Of a stretch of DNA of 64,000 bases, positions 57,168-64,000 are shown piece by piece; within the stretch, counting starts at the first letter, position 1, and every line of letters starts with the position of its first letter. This stretch comes from Candidatus Omnitrophota bacterium (GTDB lineage: Bacteria > Omnitrophota > Omnitrophia > Omnitrophales > Aquincolibacteriaceae): positions 4,373 through 68,372 of the forward strand of contig JAUYMS010000011.1 of NCBI GenBank assembly GCA_030698625.1, read 5' to 3'. Below the pieces are notes generated by a model. The model saw only the letters and a program-made list of their open reading frames with translations. It did not search any database and was not told the DNA's origin. Position numbers and translations under genes: made by a program.

Positions 57168-58121
57168 ATGCGTATTATAGACGAAAACAACCGATTTGTT
57201 CTACCTTCTGTGTGCTTCGTATTTCTCGTGGTCCTATTCGCTTTTACTTCCGATGCTGAGGCGCAATATGAGGGTATCATGGGGACACTCAATGATATTC
57301 GCGAGCTCGAAGAGTCCCATTATAAGCTGACCGTCACGACGGATAAAGGGGTCGATGATTACAAGATGGATCCCCTGACACTGATTCAAACGACAGTGCC
57401 GGCAGGCGAGGTTTCGATCGGTAGCCGCATTTCAGTGCCCAAACTCCCCGTGGGGTCTCAGTTAGAAGAGCTAGAGGAAGGCGATACACGCCGCAATCTG
57501 GGACCGGCGCTGCAACCACCGCCCACGCCCTCTTCGGGGCCGAGGAGACCGCCAACTGCACCGGTTCCTGATTTTGCCAAAAAGCCCCATCTGCCGAAAC
57601 CACCTGAGATTCCAAAACCGCCGAAAGGGCCGAGCGAAACCACCAACCCCTCAAAAGACAAAGCGCCCGCACCACCTTCACCAAACGCTGACGGAGCCCC
57701 TCCTCCGGATGCCGCCGGCATGCCGCCAGGAGAAGCTCCCTCGGGCGAAGGAGATGAGGATGGCCAGAGGCATCAGGATAGATCCAAAGAGCGCCTGCAA
57801 AAATTCATAGATGGCGAAACCGACAAGGTCCAGGAAAAACCCGATATCCTCGCTCCTCATGCCCCGCTCAAGGGGGCAACGCCGAGTGTCTGGGAAATGG
57901 CCGGAAAAGAAGTCATTGGTTTTCACCAAACCGGCCCCGCGATCGTTTTTCATCTTCGCGATACCGAGGGCCAAGTTCAAACCGCGACCGTTGAAGCGGA
58001 TAATCCGGTACGCATGTATCTAAGCCCGTGGGAACTGGCCGTGGATATGAAACTGAGACTGGAATTGGCCCGAGGCTCTGAAGATAATACACTGACTTCG
58101 GTAACCGTGCTCCCCGAATAA
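57168..58121 (+). CDS. Secreted protein with a central Pro-rich disordered region
   Basis: Signal ending AEA; P-rich linker between two beta-rich segments. Confidence 0.6.
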   Translation: MRIIDENNRFVLPSVCFVFLVVLFAFTSDAEAQYEGIMGTLNDIRELEESHYKLTVTTDKGVDDYKMDPLTLIQTTVPAGEVSIGSRISVPKLPVGSQLEELEEGDTRRNLGPALQPPPTPSSGPRRPPTAPVPDFAKKPHLPKPPEIPKPPKGPSETTNPSKDKAPAPPSPNADGAPPPDAAGMPPGEAPSGEGDEDGQRHQDRSKERLQKFIDGETDKVQEKPDILAPHAPLKGATPSVWEMAGKEVIGFHQTGPAIVFHLRDTEGQVQTATVEADNPVRMYLSPWELAVDMKLRLELARGSEDNTLTSVTVLPE

Positions 58122-58141
58122 CATCGCTTCGCTTCGACTCC

Positions 58142-58684
58142 CTACATATTCAGAGACCGCCTGAGCGCCTTGTTCATCTTTTCAGCCGTCCACGGAGGAT
58201 CGAACACCATCTCAACACGCACTTCGCCGACAGACGCGACTGACGTTACTTTATTCTGGACATCCTGTTTTAACCACTCGCCCATCCCGCACCCCGGAGC
58301 AGTCAGCGTCATTTGGATATCAACCTTCGATTTTCCCTCCTCGGCCGGCGTGATCTCGAGCTTATAAATGAGGCCAAGGTCGACAATGTTGTGAGGAATC
58401 TCCGGGTCGAAGCAGGTCTTCAGCTTTTTCCAAACCTGCTCTTCCAGCGGCAGATCTGCCTCGGCACATTCCTTGGCTTCATCGGGTATCTCCTTACCGA
58501 GCGCATCCGCGTCTTTTCCTCCAACGCTCACCATTGCACCTTGCAAAGTAACCACCGTAAACGTACCGCCGAGGCATTGCGTGATACGGACTTCTGTCCC
58601 CTCAAACAAGGTAACCGGTTTCCCGCTCGGGATTTCAGTCGCGTCACAATTTCGCGTTAAAACGATTCCGCTGTTTTTTTCCAT
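58142..58684 (-). CDS. sufT: Fe-S cluster assembly protein SufT (DUF59)
   Basis: IPSG..ITQCLGGTFTV..DADALG N-domain; DPEIPHNIVDLGL, MTLTAPGCGMG, FDPPW. Confidence 0.92.
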   Translation of the reverse strand: MEKNSGIVLTRNCDATEIPSGKPVTLFEGTEVRITQCLGGTFTVVTLQGAMVSVGGKDADALGKEIPDEAKECAEADLPLEEQVWKKLKTCFDPEIPHNIVDLGLIYKLEITPAEEGKSKVDIQMTLTAPGCGMGEWLKQDVQNKVTSVASVGEVRVEMVFDPPWTAEKMNKALRRSLNM

Positions 58685-58705
58685 AAGATATTCTTGCCTC
58701 CGATT

Positions 58706-59569
58706 TCAAATGATAGAAAGATACTTTTCAATACGAATGCGTTCCTCGGTACTCATAGCCAAGAACATAATACCTGCATGATAAACACCTCTCTCAATGC
58801 TCGACCGGCAGCGCACAACGCGCGCCAAGCGCTTGATCGTTTCCTTGCGGGAAAGATCGAAGGCTAATTCCAGAAGTGTGTGGCGCGGCAGTTCTTCACG
58901 AGTTGCAAGCAGCATCCCCCCTGCGCTAACGTTAACAGAATGTGCAATCTGCCCCTTGTTCTCACCGAGGGGACGGCCGCTTGTATCCGCAATTCGGTAG
59001 GCCACATCCATCTTAACCGGCATCCGGTGAAAGAGCCGCTGGTCCTTCCCCGAGTGAGGATTTCTATCCTCGTTCCCGGCAACATAATCCATCATCTCAG
59101 CGGCTGTCACACTCGATACCGTAGGGAAATAGAATTCCATCAAGGCCTTAAATACCTGCGTTTGGCTGACTGTCCCGACCACACGTTCAATCTGCACGAC
59201 CGGCAACACGCGGGCTTTGGCGGTCAGCAGCTTCGCGCCCACCAGCAAGATATCCTGATCATGGGGAATGACGTCGATCTCGGTTGCCATAATTTCTGAA
59301 ACCATCGTATACCGGCTCTTCGATGTCGCCGCTTGCATGTCCAACAGCCCCATAAGGCTATCGCTCATCAGTTCCTTCTTGGGGTAGAGATGCTTGAGCA
59401 GATGTTCCTCATAAATCATGCCCTTAAATTTATTATTAATATCGATGACCGGGAAATCCCCCAACCCATATTGAGACATCAGGGCATAGACTTCCTTGAC
59501 GGTAGTCTCAGTCCTAACCGTGATGACGTCTGACTCCATGATGTCTTGGACTTTGATTTCTATGCTCAT
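58706..59569 (-). CDS. CBS-pair plus C-terminal PilZ domain protein
   Basis: VQDIM..FPVI / VSEIM..LPVV CBS pair; PilZ motifs QRLFHR (RxxxR) and NVSAGG. Confidence 0.82.
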   Translation of the reverse strand: MSIEIKVQDIMESDVITVRTETTVKEVYALMSQYGLGDFPVIDINNKFKGMIYEEHLLKHLYPKKELMSDSLMGLLDMQAATSKSRYTMVSEIMATEIDVIPHDQDILLVGAKLLTAKARVLPVVQIERVVGTVSQTQVFKALMEFYFPTVSSVTAAEMMDYVAGNEDRNPHSGKDQRLFHRMPVKMDVAYRIADTSGRPLGENKGQIAHSVNVSAGGMLLATREELPRHTLLELAFDLSRKETIKRLARVVRCRSSIERGVYHAGIMFLAMSTEERIRIEKYLSII

Positions 59570-59650
59570 ATTCCATGCTCCGAGGGTGTACTATAGCGCA
59601 GGAACCCCGGCCGTGGCAATAACCTCGAGGTCAATGGGGGATAGGGACGT

Positions 59651-60601
59651 TTAGGAGGTACTTGCAGCGGCAGAAGTGTGGCCGGTCTGATTGATGAAGG
59701 CCATTGCGACGGCCAGCAGCGGATTCATCGTCATCAGAGACATCGGCGTAAATGCCGAGCCGTCTCGGTTCCGCTCGCGATCAGAAGAAAACTGAAACTC
59801 ATTGACGAGCCTGCGCTTGGCGCGGGCAAAGTTATTCTGGCGGGCATCTGATTCGGCCTTGGAAGTCCCCTTCGTAGTCGCCGCGACCTGCATGGTACGC
59901 AGTGCCTCGACTGCACCTTTTCTAGAAGTTTCTATTTGCATTTCAGTACTGACAACTTCCGTGAAATTATGGATATGAAGACGTCCCGGATTTACAGTTT
60001 GGGATGAGTCTGCGAGACTCCCATCCTGAGAAAAGGTCATGGGGCGATACCTCTCTTGAGTGAGGGGACGACTTTCCTCTCTTTCAAGTAATCCGGGACT
60101 TGAGTATTTTTCCTGCTTGGGCTCTTCGACTTGCGGGCCCAAGTCGAGGGCTTTCTGAACAACAATTTTATCTTCCGCTTCCTTCGACTCTGCCGCTCTG
60201 GCAACGACCTTGGCAATGTCGGCATCAAGGCCTGGCAGACTTGCCATCTCGGACTTTGCGTATGCGTAACTTACTACGTTTTCCTGGAGGCGCTTGCTTA
60301 TGTCCGTAACCGATTTAGCGCTCCGTGTGGTGACCGACGACAAAGTGTTACCGGCCAGCGAACTAAAGTGCATATCATAAAGTGCCTCCGTCGATGCCCT
60401 ATTCGAGGAGTCGACCCAATCATATCCACCTTCAACGGGCTTGTCCCTCATCTTAGAATGGTCATCGTTCATGGTCGCTTCATTACCGGCTAAGGCGACT
60501 GGCGTGACCGTCGTGAATGAAAACAGAATAACCAAAACTATCGCGAATCCCTTCATCATCTGCTTTTCCATTTTCCCCTTTAAGCTCTTCATCTTTATCA
60601 C
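59651..60601 (-). CDS. Secreted hypothetical low-complexity protein
   Basis: Signal ending ALA; S/T/A-rich; exact start uncertain. Confidence 0.55.
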   Translation of the reverse strand: MIKMKSLKGKMEKQMMKGFAIVLVILFSFTTVTPVALAGNEATMNDDHSKMRDKPVEGGYDWVDSSNRASTEALYDMHFSSLAGNTLSSVTTRSAKSVTDISKRLQENVVSYAYAKSEMASLPGLDADIAKVVARAAESKEAEDKIVVQKALDLGPQVEEPKQEKYSSPGLLEREESRPLTQERYRPMTFSQDGSLADSSQTVNPGRLHIHNFTEVVSTEMQIETSRKGAVEALRTMQVAATTKGTSKAESDARQNNFARAKRRLVNEFQFSSDRERNRDGSAFTPMSLMTMNPLLAVAMAFINQTGHTSAAASTS

Positions 60602-60612
60602 CCCTCTTTCTA

Positions 60613-60690
60613 AAGAAACCTTACACGCATAGAGACAAAGACGCTTATAGGAATCGTGTAAGCGGTCTTATCTTCAGGGTAAGCGGTCTT
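60613..60690. promoter_or_regulatory. Repeated operator-like sites upstream of 59651..60601
   Basis: Exact direct repeat gtaagcggtctt at 60658-60669 and 60679-60690 (21-bp period), plus two degenerate inverted copies at 60613-60624 and 60638-60648. Confidence 0.45.
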
Positions 60691-60708
60691 TCAGCGCACT
60701 AAAGGGTA

Positions 60709-61347
60709 CTAATTGGCAGGAAGGATGACCGGAGGTTGTAAGTTATTGTATTCGCTTGACTTAGGTCTAATATCCTCAGGCAATGCGCCGCGATGAAGTT
60801 CTCGGTCCTGAAGCGATTCTTCGAGGAATTCAAGCTCGCTTTTTAAAATATCCTGCAGGTACACACGCATTCCGGTAGCCAGTACGAGTTGATAGTATTC
60901 GCCGGATTTCAGGGATCTATTGGCCACCCTATTAACGAAGTCCCAACCCGTCAAAATTGGGTCATCACGGAACTGGGCATGATGCATCTTCCACTGCAGC
61001 CATCGGGAAGCCTTGTCGGCGTCATACTGGTGCCTATTGCGGATAAAGATCACTAGAGAATTCCTTATCGATTTAAGAATAAACTGGATCTTGTCAGCTT
61101 CCTGATATTGGGGATGGCTCGCTAAAAACTCTTCAACGCGAAGGCGGTGCACCTCATCAGTGTCCAGGAAAAGACGGGGATCCACTGAAGACGCCTTAAC
61201 CGCTTCTCTCTCAACAACTTGCAGCACTTCCTTTTGAATGGCCGCCGGTTCTGTCACCAGCGTTGCCTTCTTGGGCGTAGACTGACACCCCGCCAAAACA
61301 AATCCGATCATACAAATTGCCGCAAGTCTAAACATCGTATCTCCCAT
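60709..61347 (-). CDS. Lipoprotein with DUF5329 (YfeK-like) domain
   Basis: Lipobox LAGC; FIRN..Y..A..WLQWK..FV..A.RS..SG.YY. Confidence 0.7.
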   Translation of the reverse strand: MGDTMFRLAAICMIGFVLAGCQSTPKKATLVTEPAAIQKEVLQVVEREAVKASSVDPRLFLDTDEVHRLRVEEFLASHPQYQEADKIQFILKSIRNSLVIFIRNRHQYDADKASRWLQWKMHHAQFRDDPILTGWDFVNRVANRSLKSGEYYQLVLATGMRVYLQDILKSELEFLEESLQDRELHRGALPEDIRPKSSEYNNLQPPVILPAN

Positions 61348-61421
61348 TCATTACAAAGCTAACATTCCTACTAACTACTCATACTCCATAGATAAAGCAT
61401 ACCTGACGATCACGGAAATTT

Positions 61422-62135
61422 CTATTGATCAGGCCCAATCTTTTCGGCTAAAGCGCGACGGGCTATGCGGGTCACATATACGGTTACAAGCACGGTGGCC
61501 AAAAGCCCGACCCCGTACAGGGCCCACTCAGCGGGTGTTCTGGCACGACCTTCGGCACCTAAGGTCGCGAGGCTCCCCGCCAGGGATCCGACATAGACGT
61601 ACATGATGGTTCCCGGAATCATGCCGATCCACGATGCAAAGAAATAGTCTCGCAAAGTCACTCGCGTTAAGCCGAACGCATAATTCAGCAGGATAAAGGG
61701 AAATACCGGCGATAGGCGTGTCAACCCCACGATCTTCCAGCCCTCCTGCGCCACCGCGCGATCGACGGCTTTGAACTTGGCATTACCCTCAATCTTGGCC
61801 GCAATCCAATCACGCGCAAAATAACGGCCCACAAGAAAGGCGCATGTAGCCCCGAGTGTGGCGCCAACGGAAACCACAATCGATCCTGTCACTACGCCGA
61901 ATATGGCCCCGGCTCCTAGGGTCAGGACAGAACCGGGCACAAAAAGGACACACGCCAAAATATAAATCCCGACAAAAATTGCCGGGCCCCATCCGCCCAG
62001 CCCCGAAACCCAATCGAGCGCTGATCGCAACAGCGCCTGCAAATCAACAAAACGGCTCGCCATGACAATGGCGCCAATGACAGCAATGATAAGACCTATT
62101 TGCAAAATCCTCTTCATGTGGAATTTAACGCCCAA
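61422..62135 (-). CDS. TVP38/TMEM64 (DedA/SNARE-associated) membrane protein
   Basis: PGSVLTLGAGAIFG, GATLGA..AFLVGRY, LTRLSPVFPF..NYAFG, GMIPGT. Confidence 0.92.
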   Translation of the reverse strand: MGVKFHMKRILQIGLIIAVIGAIVMASRFVDLQALLRSALDWVSGLGGWGPAIFVGIYILACVLFVPGSVLTLGAGAIFGVVTGSIVVSVGATLGATCAFLVGRYFARDWIAAKIEGNAKFKAVDRAVAQEGWKIVGLTRLSPVFPFILLNYAFGLTRVTLRDYFFASWIGMIPGTIMYVYVGSLAGSLATLGAEGRARTPAEWALYGVGLLATVLVTVYVTRIARRALAEKIGPDQ

Positions 62136-62884
62136 TCGTAATAGGTGAATTTAAGGCGCATCTCTTTGTTCGCCTTTATAACGGATTGCGAGCGCTCGTC
62201 AAAATACGGGGTAACAAAGGCGAGCACCGTTTTGCCGTCTCGCGTAAAATCATTTTTGAACCACTTGAAAATCGGCGACAGGTAAACGACACCCGCTGCT
62301 GAATCAACACGGTTCTTTTCCGACTCGGCGAAGAAGCGAACGCCTTGATCCTGAAGCTGTTCCTCTAAATTCTCAGCCATGTAGGGCTCCTCACGCAGCG
62401 GCGGGCACCCTTTAGCCGCGCACACCAGGGCAAAATGAATACGGGGCTCATGATATTTTTTGCGGAGGATTTCGTGTTCTAGCTGATCGAGCGTCAGCAT
62501 CTCTCCAAAGAGAGGAACCACATTCAGTCTCCAAGGCCCCCGCATCAATCCTCCGATATGATTGATACTCTTAATCGGATAGTAGTCGAGAATAAGCGCC
62601 AGCGTCCGGGCATTATAAAGGTTAATGAGATAAACCATCTGCTGCGCTTCGTTCCATCTGAGAAATTCGGGCTCGGTCACTTCCGAACTGAGCTGCAAGT
62701 ACAGATCCAGATTATTGCGATCCTTGCGCAGCCCCTTATAGTCCACACGTGGCCCGACTACAAATCGGCTCAGCAACTCACCGTAGGTCCGATGGCTGTG
62801 GTCAAACTGCGCGAGAAGCGGCCCGGAGCGTGCCGCGAGCATGGCTAGAAGCAGCATGGCAAAAAAAGCTCCCTGTCTTTTCAT
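62114..62884 (-). CDS. DUF547 domain secreted protein
   Basis: VDY, INLYNA, LDQLEHEILR, PRIHFALVCAAKGCPPL, LSPIFKWF, YDWALN. Confidence 0.92.
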   Translation of the reverse strand: MKRQGAFFAMLLLAMLAARSGPLLAQFDHSHRTYGELLSRFVVGPRVDYKGLRKDRNNLDLYLQLSSEVTEPEFLRWNEAQQMVYLINLYNARTLALILDYYPIKSINHIGGLMRGPWRLNVVPLFGEMLTLDQLEHEILRKKYHEPRIHFALVCAAKGCPPLREEPYMAENLEEQLQDQGVRFFAESEKNRVDSAAGVVYLSPIFKWFKNDFTRDGKTVLAFVTPYFDERSQSVIKANKEMRLKFTYYDWALNST

Positions 62885-63894
62885 GATTCAGCCCCTTTAC
62901 CCACCCGGACTCGGCATAGAGAATAGATAAAACCGCTGACCATTCCGAGAAACATAATGGCACAATCAATAGGTAAAAAACACAGGGCTTGCACTGCAAA
63001 TAGCCTGCCTCGCTCGGCAATTCGTTTAACAAACGGCAGCCAAATTATGAATACAGGAATCAAAAAGCATACGCCCCCGAGAAAAAAGGACGGGTTCTTT
63101 GCGATGCCCCCGACGACCATAAGACCGAGCGCAAAGAAAGCCAATAGGTTACCGGATACCTGCCATACCGAGGCATGAGAAAAGGCGCCGTGTTCCCGAA
63201 TGCGTTTGGGATCCCAGTATGAAACGAGCATGCGCGCAAACATGAACGGGATCACAAAATCATTCTTGATCAGGCGCAAACCGGAATATTCCTTCAAGTG
63301 CTCCACTTCAAGACCGAGCTCCAGCACAACGACCTTACCTGCCCGGTTAAGCCGAATCCCCATTTCTGAGTCCGAGACAAGACTTCCAAACGGTGATTTC
63401 AGCGTGTCAAAATAGATCATGGCGTTCTTCCGTATGCCCCAGATGGAGCCGTAAAGAAACTGCGACTTCCTTGGCTGAGAGGAAAAGATATAGTTCATAT
63501 ATTCATTCTTGTAGGCTGAGAAAAAACCGGGAATTCTCGAACTTCGCCTCAGAGCTCCCGTAACGGCCACCCCGTCGGAAGGCCTGAGCCGCTCCAGCAT
63601 CATCCGGAAACTGCCGGGGGCCACACACACATCCGCGTCAACGAAGATCAAGAACCGTCCTTGCGCCGCTCGTGCTCCGGCAAAACGGGGCTCCATAGGC
63701 CCACTCTGCAATTTCACTTCGAGCACGCGGCATGGGAAATCATTTGCGATCTCCAGAGTTTTATCCGCCGAGGTGTCATTAACCACAAGGACCTCGTCGG
63801 GAACGACATCGGACGCAAACACCGCTTCCAAACACGCACGCAAGGTCTGTCCGGCATTTCGTGCAGGAATGATCACGGAGAAGGATTCACTCAT
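62881..63894 (-). CDS. Glycosyltransferase family 2 with C-terminal TMs
   Basis: SVIIPARN, VVND.S.D, FVDAD; hydrophobic C-terminus. Confidence 0.88.
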   Translation of the reverse strand: MSESFSVIIPARNAGQTLRACLEAVFASDVVPDEVLVVNDTSADKTLEIANDFPCRVLEVKLQSGPMEPRFAGARAAQGRFLIFVDADVCVAPGSFRMMLERLRPSDGVAVTGALRRSSRIPGFFSAYKNEYMNYIFSSQPRKSQFLYGSIWGIRKNAMIYFDTLKSPFGSLVSDSEMGIRLNRAGKVVVLELGLEVEHLKEYSGLRLIKNDFVIPFMFARMLVSYWDPKRIREHGAFSHASVWQVSGNLLAFFALGLMVVGGIAKNPSFFLGGVCFLIPVFIIWLPFVKRIAERGRLFAVQALCFLPIDCAIMFLGMVSGFIYSLCRVRVGKGAES

Positions 63895-64000
63895 CGCGGC
63901 CCTGATCGGGATCTATCGCCCATAAGTCATGCTTCTCGCCCAGAATGTTTCGCGCTGCGCACAGACCCGTTAATACGGCATGGTCGCTATTGTTATAGCG
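63887..64000 (-). CDS. C-terminus of an FAD-dependent oxidoreductase (protoporphyrinogen oxidase/UDP-Gal mutase-like), partial at the window edge
   Basis: Minus frame RYNNSDHAVLTGLCAARNILGEKHDLWAIDPDQGRDE*; overlaps the GT2 start. Confidence 0.6.
   Translation of the reverse strand, partial: RYNNSDHAVLTGLCAARNILGEKHDLWAIDPDQGRDE

Noticed and set aside
1-64000. CRISPR array, tRNA or rRNA genes
   Set aside because: No regularly spaced repeat-spacer pattern or cloverleaf/rRNA signature was seen by eye; intergenic gaps are short.

Overview
Bacterial genomic window of moderate GC, with most genes on the minus strand. The giant-protein family present suggests Candidatus Omnitrophota (inference). 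No rRNA, tRNA or CRISPR array was seen. (1) 1-33.2 kb is a stress/osmoadaptation region. It holds DUF883/YqjE-like and LEA-like small proteins, an orphan NarL/LuxR regulator, a 2913-aa cyclic beta-1,2-glucan synthase (Cgs/NdvB) and an AOX/PTOX-like diiron protein. A patch of pseudogenes (SAM methyltransferase, Dps remnant, CDF transporter) sits beside an IS1380 element and nested decayed transposases. The region ends with a glgB-glgE-treS-mak-glgX operon preceded by cNMP-binding, GGDEF, diadenylate cyclase and mgtE genes. (2) 33.9-40.5 kb encodes a ~2190-aa exported/membrane protein. It has an N-terminal domain with TIKI/TraB/EreA-like catalytic motifs and three exact RSELR pentapeptides at apparent module boundaries. 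This is the best candidate for an undescribed system: a self-processing polyprotein. (3) 40.6-46.7 kb has two B12-dependent radical SAM enzymes, a Delta-9-type desaturase, a stand-alone sensor domain and a hotdog thioesterase. (4) 46.7-64 kb has an orphan ATP synthase epsilon-like gene, radC with a dif-like site, and DsbD/YyaL. It also has an expanded arsenosugar-type cluster (TIGR04282 GT, ArsM-like, ArsS, fatty acid hydroxylase, transglutaminase, plus TVP38, DUF547 and GT2 further on), sufT and a CBS-PilZ fusion. All family calls come from motif recognition by eye; no database searches were run.
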